From positions 372,001 through 436,000 of the forward strand of contig RSEE01000012.1 in assembly GCA_003971905.1 (NCBI GenBank): DNA of 64,000 nucleotides. The letters run 5' to 3'. The notes under the pieces are model-generated. The model saw only the letters and a list, made by a program, of their open reading frames with translations. It did no database searches and was not told where the DNA came from. The translations under genes and the position numbers were made by a program. Shown piece after piece: positions 14,491 through 28,165 of the stretch (its first letter is position 1; each line of letters starts with the position of its first letter). This DNA comes from Moniliella sp. 'wahieum' (Eukaryota).

Positions 14491-15641
14491 CTACTCGAGT
14501 ACCTTGCCAAGCAGGGGAGTCACCACACCAGCATCGTGGCCTGGAACCATGACGGCCTTGGTCGCTTGTTCCAGCCGCTTCATGCGCAGGTTGGAGTTGA
14601 ACCAAGCTTGATGGTCCCGTGCTGGACCAGGGCAAAGGGAAAGTGTTAGTTAGTGTGTCATGCTCTCTTCCCTCCTGCCTTGGGCGTGTGCCCCATCCTG
14701 CTAAGCAACCCAAGAACGTACCCAACCAGCCTTGGGGCTGACCAAGATAGTTGTCCAAAACATGGGCGTGGTCCGAGAGGAAGACATAGGAGGCGCCCGA
14801 CGGCAAGTTGATCTGCATCGCGCACAGGCCCGCCGTATGGCCCGGAACGTGATGGATGGTGATGCCAGGGAAGAGGTCCGTGGTGCGCTCGTCAAATGTT
14901 TTCCAGTTGAGGCCCAAGTCGAGATAATGCTTGAGGTAGACCCCATCGTCCGCACCGGTCGCCGCACTGTAAAATGCACTCTCCAACTCGAGCTTGTGCG
15001 TCCAGATGGGCACATCCGTGCCAATCCAGTTGGTCAGCCCACCGGCATGGTCCAGATGCAAATGGCCCATGACAATCGCTTTGACGTCTTTGATCTCATA
15101 CCCAATTTTTGAGCGCCGGACCCAACTCGTACTCCTCTACCGAATCGATCGGGGCAAAAATATCGGCAATCGGGCCCCACGCCTACCGCGCCGCCGCGCG
15201 TACCATTACCATTCGGATCATCAGCATCAGTGTTGGCAAGCGTCATGTACCATGAAGGGCCCCAGCCAACATACGTACCTTGGGAAAGTGGTCCTTGTTC
15301 CCACACCCCGTCTCCCACAGGATCACGCCCTCGGTGGGATGGTCAATCAACACAGTATATGTAATGAGTGGGCGACGCTTGGGGGGAGGGTTCTGGCCAG
15401 CCTTGGTACTGGACAGGGTGGAGCCGTTGGTGCCACGTACGACCCATCCCTCGTCGACCTCGAGAAAGCCGAGGGGCACCTGTGGTGGGGCAGCAGCAGG
15501 TCAGGGGGGAGAGTGGGCTGGAGGGGGGGGGGATGCGTACCACATGGACCTTGGTGCCGGGGGGGCAGCGGTTGAGGAGGGTGGGGTAGATGCTGCCCAG
15601 CGGCAGCTCGGACGGGAGCGCGGTGAGGGCGGGGCGGACAT
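14491..15641 (-). CDS. Metallo-beta-lactamase-fold N-acyl-homoserine lactonase/lactamase-like hydrolase (AiiA/AttM family); at least 2 introns
   Basis: LGFLEVDEGW, VLIDHP.EGVILWETG, HLHLDHAGGL (HxHxDH), VPGHTAG, LSDHAH; last exon RDHQAWFNSNLRMKRLEQATKAVMVPGHD...VLE*. Confidence 0.88.
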
Positions 15642-16016
15642 GGTGTTGGTGGAAGGGGATAGGATGGGGCAGAGAGGTGGCTCAGCTAACCTTGGCCCTC
15701 CAGATGAGGCTTGGGGGTCAAGTCGGCCCGGCGGCGACATGGCGTCCGGCGCCCACACTGTCGTATGCACATAGTATAGCCCGACCCTACCCAGCCCCAG
15801 TCCACATCGACGCACCCTGACGCATGACATCATCGGGGCCATCTCTCCCCTGTCTGCCCTTTGTTTGCCCCGCACTTGCTCTGAGATGATGTCACGTGTG
15901 TGACATGCGACATGCGACAGACGGCCCGGCGCGCATTCAGACGTTACCTAATCACCACCGCCTGTCCTTTATCCGCCCAAAAGATGATCCCATCTCCCTA
16001 GGCACTGCATGACGTA

Positions 16017-19000
16017 ATGATGGCGGCAGACCAACCAGCATGTGACCTTGGGGGTGGACGCTTGCCGGTTAGGCCGGTTACCGCTTACCTGAGCTTGGCT
16101 GCTCTGGCCTGCTCAGGCAATCGGCTCGCACCCTCTCTGGCGCACTTGTCTCGGCCTTTGCTCGCGACGCAGCCAGAACGGCAGCCCCGGCACGCACCCC
16201 CCCCCCACCACCGCCACCCTCGCCCCCCCATCCCGCTCGGTCCAGAGCATGTCCCGTCCCCCCGCCCACCTGGCGAGTGCTCTATGCAGGGCCAATGCGG
16301 CAAAGCCAGCCTATTTGGACCCGAGCTACCCTGCGCCGTCGACCACGCAGCACCCAACCAGGTACATCTCGTCTCGCCTGTGTCCCCCGTTTTCTCTTGT
16401 ACTGACTCGCCCCGTCTGAGCAGCCTGATGCATCATTCCGTTCCCTCTTGGGAATGTCTGCGGTGCCGACTTCGCCTCGGGCCCCGTCTGCTGCAACGAG
16501 GGCCAGGTGGAAGTGCTGGCCTCCCAGCTGGACCAGGCTGCGCCCCTTATCTCCTCCTGCCCCGCTTGTCTCAACAACTTTCGTCACTTTTGGTGCTCCT
16601 TCACTTGCTCTCCTAACCAGAGCCAGTTCCTCGACGTTACCCAGACTCAGAGCACGGGCGACGAGCAAGCTCGTGCGGTCAAGGAGGTCGATTACTACGT
16701 GTCTGACTCGTTTCGTACCGGATTTTATGACAGCTGCAAGAACGTTCAGTTTGGTGCGACCAATGGGTTTGCCATGGACCTTATCGGTGGCGGTGCCAAG
16801 ACGGCTGATGAATTTCTCAAGTATATGGGTGACGAGCGGCCGCTGCTGGGGTCTCCCTTCCAGATCAACTTCCCGCACCTGGCCGATTTCAGTGTGCCTA
16901 CGCTAGCGAGCAACGCGTCCTCGCCCCCTCCTCTTCCTATGAACGACCCGGTGCGCAATTGCGCCAGTGGATCGCTTGACTCGCGCTGTGCCTGCGTTGA
17001 CTGCCCAGACGTATGTACGGCGCTTCCCGAGGTGCCGCCGCCAGATCATCACGAAAAGTGCAAGTTGTTTGGATGGGAATGTCTGCAGCTTTCGTTGATG
17101 GTGTTCTACCTCTTGGCTGTCGTGTCCTTTTTGTTGGGCTACCAGTGGAAGCGGATCAAAACTCAATGGCGTAAGCGTTCTCGCCGCGCTGAGCGCGACA
17201 GTCAGGTGGGCATCCCCAGCGATTCCGAGTTTGAGCATGTTCGTCTCGCAGGTGATGACAGTAGCAGCACGCCGAGCGAGGGCCCTTCCTCCACTGATGA
17301 TGGCCGTTCTTTTGGCCTGATGCGCTTTGCTGGGGAGGGGAACCTGAATGCGTTGCGCGCGACGCAGCCCAGGTCTTACGCCATTAACCGCTGGCTATCT
17401 GACAAGATGTACGCTTTGGGCTTGTCTTGTGCCAAGAAGCCATGGGCCACGTTTGCTCTGGCCTCCATCTTGCTCGGCGTGGCCAACCTTGGCTGGGCCA
17501 AGTTCCAAGTCGAAACGGACCCCGTCCGCCTATGGGTCGCGCCCAATTCGCTGGCCAAACGGCAAAAGGACTTTTTCGACCAGGAATTTGGCCCCTTTTA
17601 CAAGACGGAACAGCTTTTTGTGACCGACAAGGAAGCCAAAGGCTTTCACCGCCTCCCCGATCCGATGGAGCACGACAATGCTGTGGAGGACTTCCCTCCC
17701 GTGTTGGACTGGGACCGATTGCAGTGGTGGGCCGATGTCGAGGCTGAGATCCGATCCCTCCAAGCTGGACCCAACCAGACCCGCTTCCAAGATGTATGCT
17801 TTTCTCCCACTGGGCCTGGCGGGGCATGTGTGGTGCAGAGCATCATGGGTTACTTTGGGGACAATCTCGAGGCTGCTGGGGTAACCGAAGACAATTGGCG
17901 CCAACGCCTGACGGCATGCACCCAGCATCCAGCCGAATGTCTTCCAGCGTTTGGCCAGCCTCTCAAGTCCAACTTGGTCTTGGGCGGGATCCCGACAGAT
18001 GCAACTGTAACCGAGGCACGTGCTTTGGTCGGAACATGGGTGGTGGCCAACAGTTTGAACAGCACCGTGCTCAAGCGGGCGAGACATGGGAGAAGCGCCT
18101 CGAGTCCTTCTTGCTGGAACTGTCCGGCAGGGCTGTGTCGAAAGAGGGGAAGCCACACCCCTTGGCAGTACGTGCTAAGGAGCTGGACCTCAACGTCGCT
18201 TGGAGCACGGGCGTGAGCCTGGAGGAGGAAATTGCGTCCAGCAGCAATACTGACACGGGCATTGTGGCGCTGAGCTATGTGTTGATGCTTTTATATGCTG
18301 CTTTGACCCTGGGGGCGCGGCACCGATCAAGTCGAGGCTCTTGACTGCTGGATCGAGCGGACACCTGCCTCCCGGTCGGCATGTACGCACTGGGTTTGCG
18401 CGCGACTTGCGTACGGTTTTTGCTCAGATCGGTCGTCAGCAGGGTTCTATCCGTCTGCCCGATGACGATGACGATGCGTTGGAGTATTCTGCTCGGAGTA
18501 GGGCGCGCAAGGCCTTGAAGGCACGATTGATTTACCGGTTTTTTGTCCGGTCCAAGTTTATGCTCGGCCTGTTCGGCATCTTAATCGTCCTGGCCGCCAT
18601 CTCGTCAGCTGTTGGTATCTGGTCTTTCGTGGGCGTACGCGTGACGCTGGTGATCGCAGAGGTCATCCCCTTTCTCGTTTTGGCAGTCGGGGTAGACAAC
18701 GTCTTCCTTTTAAGCAACGAGATGGACCGGCAAAGCACATTGGCCAGTACTAGCAACCCATACTACGGCGTCGACCGTACCGAGACAGGCTCCAACTGGC
18801 AAGGCCACTTTGACGACGACGACGAGGATCATTTGAGTCTTGCGGACCAAGGCTCCCCGGATGCTGATCTGGACGCGTCGGGCTATGGGCAAGACGCGTC
18901 GGGCGCGGCGGATCAGTCCGCTTTCCATCTGACGGCGCAAGAACGAGCAGCGCGCGCGCTTGGCCGCATGGGACCCTCAATTGTCCTGAGTGCCAGTATC

Positions 19001-20802
19001 CAGATCACCGCATTTTTGCTAGGCTCCCTTGTGCCCATGCCGGCGGTGCGCAACTTTACTCTCTATGCTGCGGGAAGTATGATCATCGCTGTTTGTCTTC
19101 ATTGCACCGTGTTTGTCGCCGCGCTTGCGCTCGATGCTCAGCGCACTGAGGCAGGAAGAGTGGACTGTCTCCCCTGTGTGTCCGCCTTCCCTCAACAACG
19201 GGATGGGATCAACTCGCTCTCCATTAGTGCCAATCGGGGTTTGGTGCGGGAAAGCAAGTTGGCCGTGTTTATGCGGGAGCGCTACGCACCACTGATTGTA
19301 CGCAAGAATGTGAAGCGCCTCATCTTGGCGGCCTTTGTTCTGCTCGGAGGAGTATCGGTGAACTATGCAAGCAAGATCGAGATGGGGTTGGACCAGCGCT
19401 TGGCCCTACCCCCCAAATCTTATCTGCGCGAATACTTTGACGCGACCGATACCTGGCTCGACGTTGGGCCGCCGGTCTACTTTGTCGAATGGCGTGGGGA
19501 TGTCAAGTACAAGTTGGTGCAGCGTCAAATGTGTGCTCGCTTTACCACCTGTGCTCCCTTCTCGGTGGCCAACACGTTGGAAGGGGAGCGTAAACGACCC
19601 GAATCGTCCTTCCTCATTGAGCCCGCAGCGAGCTGGGTTGATGATTTCTTCCAGTGGCTCAACCCGTTGCTTGAGGGGTGCTGCCGGGTCCGAATCAACG
19701 ACCCTTCGACGTTTTGCACTGCGCGGGACTCGGATATGGCGTGCCGCCCTTGCTTTGAAGGAAGGGAGTACAACATTACGCTCCAGGGGCTGCCCGGGGG
19801 CCGAGTTTATGATGTTCCTTCGTCAGTGGCTCCAGAGCCCTGCGACTGCCGATTGCCCTCTCGGTGGCCAAGCAGCCTACTGTCGGTCTGAGTCTGAAGC
19901 GAAGCAATTTGACCGTCAAGGATCCATTGCTGGATATCCCCAAGAGAAGTCTTGTTGAGCTCGCTCCATGGCAAGGCCCTACCCCGAGCCGGGAAGATCG
20001 CAAAATGAACGTGTATGCCTCCCACTTCCGCACCTCGCACGTTCCCCTGCGCTCTCAGACGGACTTTATTGATGCGCTCCAGGCGGCCCATCGGATTGCG
20101 GAAGAGACGAGCCTACGGTCGGGCGTGCGCCTGTTCCCCTACTCGATGTTTTATGTCTTCTTTGACCAATACCTCCACCTGACCAAGTTGAGTTCAAGTA
20201 TTGGGGTTAGCTGCCTGCGCTATCTTTGGGATCAGCTTTGTTCTACTGGGTTGTTGGCGCACGGCGCTGGTAATTGTTGTCTGTGTGGCCTCCACCCTGG
20301 CTGGGGTGGCAGGGATGATGGGCTACGTTGGGATCCAATTCAACGCGCTCACCCTGGTCAATCTTTCTGTGTGTGCCGCGATTGCGGTCGAGTTTTGCGC
20401 GCACGTGGCCAAGGCGTTCATGCGTGCGCCAGGGGGGTTAGCACGCAACCATCCGCTGGCGCAGAAGGAGCGCGACGGGCGTGCCCTGGCCGCATTGGGC
20501 GACGTGGGGGCCTCGGTGCTGAGCGGGATCACGGGGACCAAGTTGGTGGGTATCTCGGTGCTGTGGTTTACACAGTCGGAGCTGCTCAAGCTGTATTATG
20601 CGCAGATGTGGATGGCGCTGATTCTGCTCGGTGCGCTGCATGGCCTGGTTCTGCTCCCGGTGCTTCTGTCTTTTATGGCGGCCGTGGCTATGCCAGCGTG
20701 GAGGATGAAAGCGAAGTTCGTCGTCGCCTGCTGCGCGCTCAAGAAAGCAACGAGTATCGCCCCTTTACCGACGATGAGGAGGAGAGCGACGAGGAGGCCT
20801 AA
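16017..20802 (+). CDS. NCR1: Niemann-Pick C1-like sterol transporter (Patched/RND family); start approximate
   Basis: NTD GECSMQGQCGKASLFGPELPC, CPACLNNFRHFWCSFTCSPNQSQF; ETDPVRLWV; FGPFYKTEQ; sterol-sensing domain EVIPFLVLAVGVDNVF; GLDQRLALP; VGPPVYFV; FPYSMFYVFFDQY; VEFCAH; GALHGL. Confidence 0.96.
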
Positions 20803-21133
20803 GCGGCTAACATCCGAGCCTGCGGCAAAACCAATGCATATGTGCCACACTGGAGAGGCCCAAAAAGGCATGCGCTGGGGGGGAGAACCTAGTCGAGAAG
20901 TATAGCCATGCCATTGCGATGGGGGGGGCTCAATGGCTCAGTCCCCAGTTAAACGTTGAGGCTGCACCTGTTGAGGCCTAAGCTTCAGGCCATCTAAGGC
21001 CTCCTTAAGCTTCAAGAGAGGCCACAGCTAGTATTACCGAGTCGTCGTGAGGCTGGTCAACTCAAGAAAAGGTGTTGAATATTGTTCTTTCAGTAGTGTC
21101 TCGGTTCTACCAGTGCGGGACATAATGCATCAC

Positions 21134-21221
21134 TCCTCGATGGTCCAACGGCTATGTGACGCTCTACCGCACCGCAACGCGGGGATCCGTCAAGACCCGG
21201 GTTCGACTCCCGGTCGGGGAA
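21134..21221 (+). tRNA. tRNA-Glu-like gene with ~20-nt intron; anticodon reads CTA as assembled, probably CTC with a dropped base
   Basis: TCCTCGA/TCGGGGA acceptor stem; TGGTCCAACGG A box; anticodon stem TGACG/CGTCA; CCGGG-TTCGACT-CCCGG T arm; A discriminator; D arm about 3 nt short. Confidence 0.8.
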
Positions 21222-22172
21222 TCCTCTTTTAGTTGGTTTTGGAACGTTTCGTTGATTGATGGGGAGCGCAACCGTGCCGGCATCAAGTCATCAACGGCAA
21301 TAGCACTCAACACGCTCAACTGAATCCTATCCCTACACTGAACTTATGGAGCTGCACTTGCAACCTATCTATCTGCGCCGCGCGTAGCTGCCCCGGCAGA
21401 AAGCAGCAGTGCGGAAGCATAACCTTGTAGTATGGCCGAGGAGAGCTCAAGCGCTGAAGCAACGTTCTGTCGAATCCAACGTTGAACTCTTTCTCTGATC
21501 GGCTTGCGTGCAGGCTCAGCGCTCACACCGACAACGCGCAAGCTTGGATTGGGTGCAGGAGCAAGCTGACATACGCTCAAGCGAGGACACGATTGGTACC
21601 GCACTTGCACATGATGTGCGCAAGGAACGGCACAGGGCACGAAGCTGAAAACAATTGAACCTGCTTGTCGTGAGCTCGAGCCCCTTGCTGATGGATGTGC
21701 TGGGATTGCGAAAGAGTAAGATGGCGGACTCGGTTCAGGTGTTTTGTTCCAAGCGTTTGGGTGGGGCGTTGGGCACAACCTAATGGCATTGTGACAAGCA
21801 CATCACTCAGGTCAGATGATGTCATGCGTAGCACACGTGTCAGGCGATGCATGATGTGGATGGATGATGCGTGATCGAGGCGGTGGAGCCTGGGGCATCA
21901 GCACGAGGGCACTGTAGCCAGGCGCCTTTGCGAGTGGCCAGTGATTTGAAGGTAGACCAGCGACTAATTCCCGTTGGCTAGTGCGGCAGAAAGGCAGAGC
22001 GCCAGCAGCAGGACAGTGCCCCTGTGCGCGTCGCTCTCCGCCCTCAAATTTTTCTCCCGCTCCATGCTCTTCGAGCATCGTAGTGTTGCTTTCGTTCGCC
22101 GAGGGAAAACGCCAGAGTGGCCAGTCCAGCTTGGCTCTGTACCACCGCCACTCCTTGCAACTCTTTCTCTCC

Positions 22173-22897
<725 letters not shown>

Positions 22898-24028
22898 ATT
22901 GGCGTGCCGCTGTGCTGTGCATCCCCTTGTGCCTGATCTACACCTCATGTTCTCATGTTCACCTCGCGTCTGATGCGCTTTGGGTCTCATCTTTTCTTTT
23001 TCGTCGAGTGACTCTTTTTGTCCACCCTGCTTCCCGTCTCATATCCACTCTCCTCGGGGGCGTTGACGCGCACTTCCCAAATTCATTTCCGCCTCCGCAT
23101 CTGGCTCAGCCACTTCTGTTTCTTTCGACTTGACCAATGCGTGCCAGACGCACGTTCTACAGCCCAGCGCACCATGACTCCATTTGCTAGTGGTCGCCAC
23201 CGGTCTGCTTGTTGTGTACCCATGTGTTTCCGCAGCGTCTGCGCTCCCGGCCGAAACTGCGGCAGACGCGACGCGTGATGATAGGCGTGGGTTATGAGCA
23301 AATGAACAGAGCAGCAGACGTTGTAGTTTTGGTTAAGAGTAAGGAGCAAGTAGGCAGTGCAGACCGGTGTCTGCAGGTTTTGTGCGGAAGTTCATCATGA
23401 ACGCTGACGCGCTGACGAGAGATGACTTCCCTACAATGTCAGAGGCACTCTGCGCTCAGCTTCTGGCAGGATGAACCCAAGACCTTGCCCTTCCGGTGGG
23501 TAGACGATCTGCTATACCGAAAGAGTCGGCGTATGGGGAGAACGAGCAAGCCATGATGCACATGATGCCAGGTGGCAGCAATGTTGAAACGTGCGTCGAC
23601 GCCGTCCCCACGACATGCATGATGCAGTGATGGATGGAGTTGGGCAGCGCCATTTACCTTAGAATCAAAGCGGCCAGTAGCACACGTTTTCGCCTTTCCA
23701 CCTGCCTATGGCCCTCACTTGTTCTCAGAACGCATAGGCACGTGTTCTTAATGCTTGAATTCCCCCAAGAGCGACAACCTCGGTTGGCTTTGCCTTCATG
23801 CTTCGCTCTCATTAGCCTGCTTTTATTGTTCTCTCTTTCCCCAGTCCACCTGGGCCGAGCATTTTGGACCATTTCCTGTGTCTTTTTGAGGTTCCTGGCC
23901 GTGGGGATGGCTTATTCTGCTATGGGATACTATGAGACACAGTGAGTATGCTAGCAGTTGAATGCAGATGCACATGAGTGGGACAACGCTGCAGAGATAC
24001 GAGGAGGCCAGGAGTCGGAATGGACCAC

Positions 24029-24828
24029 CTACTTGCCACGATGCCGCTTGAACGCCTCGGCGATGGAAACCCCCTGCTTCAAGTCGGCCGCTACCCGCGC
24101 GTCCACTTCCCGACCCTTGCTCGCCAGCGCAAGCACCTCCTCTGCCAACGACGGCGGCACCACCACCACCCCATCCAGATCGGCCAGGACAAAGTCTCCC
24201 GGTTGACCGTCGTGGCAGGGAAGAGCGGGTTGAGTGACTCCTCCCCCGTAGCGGCGGGGGTCTGGCTCGGGTCCACAATGCGCAACGGCACGTTCAGGGC
24301 CGATGGTCGGGTAAATGGCGATTGACCCAGCGTTGAATGGCCACGGGCAAAGACCTGAAGCAAGCCTAATGTCAGTCCCGAACAGAGCAGAGAAGAAAAC
24401 AAAGGAAACAAGCGTACATTGAACCCAGCCTCGCGGTGCTCGGCCAAGTCACGGCAGCGCCCATCAATCACCACCGCTTTGGCGCCCAGAGCTTGCGCAC
24501 GGTTGGTCATCAGCCCGCCCCAGGACGCGGAGCGGGTGTTGGGCGGGGTCTGGATCACAACAATGCTACCCGGAGGGATGGCATCGGCAAAGTGCACATT
24601 CGGCTTGGGCGCAGCAGTGTTGGTACCAGCGACCATGGAAACGGTGTAGGCCCGGCCACACACCGTCTCTGCTCCTGGCTGCGCTGGGGCGACAGGCGAA
24701 TAGCGATCAATGCCCGGCAGGTGGCCGCCCGACGGCACCTTGAGCTTGACCAGCGCGTCGGATACTTCGCATGTGCTGAACTGGGCCAGCGCCGCCTCGA
24801 CAGCACTGGGGCCGGTGGCGGTGGTCAT
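24029..24828 (-). CDS. RraA-like / 4-hydroxy-4-methyl-2-oxoglutarate aldolase family protein (YER010C-like), one intron
   Basis: FSTCEVSDAL, CGRAYTV, ASWGGLMTNRAQALGAKAVVIDGRCRDLAEH, PGDFVLADLDGVVVVP, DLKQGVSIAEAFKRHRGK*. Confidence 0.92.
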
Positions 24829-25819
24829 GGTTGTGCTGCTGAGGTGACGGGCGGTGTGGGCGATGCGCTGGAGAGGGTCGACATGCGCCCGAATGCGATG
24901 GAGGCGTGGCGCAGGCCCACTTTCAGCCAGCCAGCGCTTGGCCAGCCCGCCCTTGGATCCAACCGGTATCCCCGTCCGGCGCCGGCGGAGGAGCGGGGGC
25001 GACGCGTGACGGGGGGATGATCGCTGATATATGATATCTGATCGCTGCTGGCTGCGGGCGGACGCCCTGCGGACATGGCGGATGCAACTTGCAACCCCAC
25101 GCGTGGTCTGGCGTCGTCGTCGTTCTGAGGCTGAGGTGCGCAGCAGCGGGGACAAGACACGTGGGGGCGGGGTTGAAATTGCAGACGCGTGGGGGCCATC
25201 GCCATTCACCGATCACCGGCCACCATTCGCCCGCTCATGCATCATGACAATTGCTTTCCTTCGGCTCGTTACCAACGACGCTCCTGCTGTTCCCGCCGCA
25301 TTCCCTAATCCGATGATCTGTGCGCCTGTTCAGACTCCCTGCTGCCCATGCCCGCCATAAACCAAAAAGCCATTCATAAAACGATAAAAGCAGACGCAAT
25401 ACAGAGCCCTGGGAAGCCAGGATGAAGGTTGCAAGAGAACAAGAGGCGCCTGATGGAAGGTCGGCGAGGGTATCGAAAGGCAAGTTAGGCCTCCGCAAGC
25501 ATGCTGGACCTGATGCGGCAGGCGGGATAATGAGAAGAAGGTATTCCTCCCATTCAACGCGAGAAAGGGTGTGGCAACGGCTTGGGTGTAGCGGCCAGCA
25601 ATGAAGAGGGGAGGGAGGAGACGCGGGCCGAGAGGGATGTGGAAACATATATGAACGATAAACGGTAAATGGGGAATGTCGGCGCCTGCGCGCCGGGCGA
25701 CAAAAAGAACAAGGAAAGAAGCAATTGCGGTGACGCGCCCTCAGTGGCGAGGGCCTTTTGGTGGTGGAATCGGGCTTGCATGTTTTGGGGGTGGGGCAGG
25801 ACTGGGGGACAGCATTCAC

Positions 25820-27460
25820 TGCCCATTGAAACGCTCGGAATCTTCCCGGCGCAGCTGGGCCAGCGCGCTGGAAGAAAATCAGCCGTTAGAAAACGAGACA
25901 GGATGGTGGAGAGAAAGGCAAGGCGACGTACACAGGGTCAGATCGGATTTCGTTCCAATGGGCGTCCACTTCATCCCAGGTAGGTATCAGGGGGGCCGTA
26001 AGGGATCGGCGCTAGGCCAGCCAGCCCAAGAGAAAGTCAGTTATCCCTGCTGAATGTCGACAGTGGAGCCAGAAAAGGAGGTGTTGACGTACCCAGCTCA
26101 TCACCTTATCGATTGAGGCTTGGGTGATTACTGCGTCCGCGTCGGGAACACGCGCAGTCAGCGCTCCCTCGATCAACTGCGTGGGCGTGTGGTCATCGAC
26201 TTTGGACAGAGCAGTCATCACGCCCGATCGATGGGAGTAGAGCGCCTTGTCCCCGCGCTTGGCCTCTTTGTTCGTAAGCAAAAAGGGGGATGCACAGCGT
26301 AATAAGGGTGACCATCGACAATGCGCTGCCGAGGTTGCTGGGGGTCAGATTTGAGGTCAAAGGAAAGGAGAAGAGGATGGACATACCAAAGCGCGCTCGA
26401 CCAGCTCGCGCTGCGAAGCAGCTGCAACGCGATGCACGTCAGGCATAATAAAAATGTGCCGCGCAAGGACTCGGAGACGAGCGTTGAGGAACTGGGAGGT
26501 GGCGGGGGGTTAGGCATTATGCTGAGGAGATCGAGTCATGATATAACGTACTGGGTCTGGGGCATTGCTGGACGCAACTGAGGATCCCGTCTTGGCCTTA
26601 GTCGCGGGCGGGGCATCGTGCTCATAGGGAATGGAAGAGGGTGCTTTGCGCTTCGGTCGGCCGGAAGAGGACGAGAGATGGTGACCACAGGACTGGTCGT
26701 TGCGTTAGTGGTAGTGGGTGTGGTAACCCTGGGTTGGCCAAGCCATGAACGATGCGCTGGAGTAGGGCATCCGTGATGCGCCCCACCAGTATGTCAGTGG
26801 CGCGACTAATCTCGCTGTTCATCTGGTGCCTGAGTCGGGACTCGAGGTTACGCAGGTCAGCCTTAGTGATGGGCCCTTGCTCTGCCTGCTCCTCGGTCCC
26901 CGACTCGCCCGCTTGGCCGTCAGATTCGTCCGAGTCATAGCTCAGTTGGCGGCTACGCGACCCTGCTCCGGCAGGAGCTTCCGCGGCAGCAGAGAGCAAG
27001 ATATCGATGCTGGGCTCTTGTTGGGCGCCGAACGCATGTCTGCACCAGACTCTTTGCGAGGGAAGGGGACAGAGCTCGAAGGAGCGGTCACGTCCTCGTC
27101 CATGGCCAACTCGTCGGGCGAGCCATAGTCTTCATTGTGCAAAGGGGGAGCTGGGAGGGGTACTGCGCAAGCGGCCGAGGCTCTGGGTCGCGGACATGTT
27201 CGGGCCAAGCGAAATGGGACATGCTTGGGAGCGGGAGGCCGCTGCCGGGGGCAGGTGGAGGCGGTGGGGCGGACGCATGAGAGGGCTCGACGCCGGCTAC
27301 TTCAGCAATGGACACGCGCATGCGCCCTCCGCGGGGTGCGCCACGGATGCCCTGGGGGCCCGAGGTGCGGCGCTCGGGGAGGACAGGACGGATGGGAGCG
27401 AGGGAGTCGGGGGCGGGGACATGGTGGAGCGAAGGGCGCTGGAGCGGGCGGGCGCGTCAT
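25820..27460 (-). CDS. Hypothetical protein (Pro/Ser-rich N-terminus, coiled segment ITKADLRNLESRLRHQM); boundaries uncertain
   Basis: Chain of minus-strand ORFs 27088-27321, 26942-27208, 26622-26999, 26218-26517, 26012-26281; probable intron near 26330-26385. Confidence 0.35.
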
Positions 27461-27659
27461 AGCAGAGCGGGGAGGGGGGGGGCAGCGGGGCGGGGGGGGG
27501 CGTGCAGACGGCTGAGCCTCGGCGCGGAGGGTCCGGCGAAGGCGGAGGGAAGAGGCAGGGAGGGGTGGGTGGTTGTTCTTCGACCTGCGCTGGGTGTTGG
27601 GTTGCGTTCGATGCGGCATGCGGCGCTCGGAGGATCTGCTGAGCGGCCGCAGCAGAGCC

Positions 27660-27716
27660 GATCAGCGCAAAGGATCAGCGCAAAGGATCAGCGCAAGGAT
27701 CAGCGGCTCAGCGCGC
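27660..27716 (+). repeat. GATCAGCGCA(A)AG tandem repeat in a divergent intergenic region
   Basis: Four near-identical units, read directly. Confidence 0.75.
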
Positions 27717-28165
27717 ACCGTGTCTTATCTGCTGTGTTGCGCTGTGCCCAGCCGGCGATGTCTGCGATGGGCGGCAGGGTGCGTAGATGCGCCCGTAGGC
27801 TTTTTGCGATCGCAGCAAGCGTCGTCGCAATCTCCACCGTCCATTATTGGGCCTGCGGCGTCGAACTCTGCCGCACAACCTGCAGCGCAGTGCCCCGCCC
27901 GCCCCAGCATGCCGCCAGCATGATCAGCGATCACGTGCACCCTACCATACCCCCAGGCGGAATGGGCGGAACGCCGCGCCTCGGCCTTGTCCTTTCTCAC
28001 TGGAAATTGGATCATCGATCATCGATCATTCCCCTCCCTTCGGCCCCAAGTAACTCGCAGTGTATTTTTTTTCAGCGCCGCCGGGCGGCCCGCGCTGGTT
28101 GGTTGCCCGCCGCCACCGCCATCGCCACCCCCGCCATCACCACCCCCGACATCTTCACCCCTGCC

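Noticed and set aside
703..15641. FAD oxidoreductase, Zn2Cys6 TF and lactonase as a detoxification or secondary-metabolite cluster
   Set aside because: No backbone enzyme; interrupted by a tRNA and an unrelated gene; proximity alone is insufficient
23274..23412. Possible box C/D snoRNA (GTGATGA ... CTGA with cgcg flanks)
   Set aside because: No rRNA-complementary guide could be identified; such short motifs arise by chance
23634..23945. Small hydrophobic plus-strand ORF between Ran and the RraA-like gene
   Set aside because: No recognisable homology or convincing gene structure
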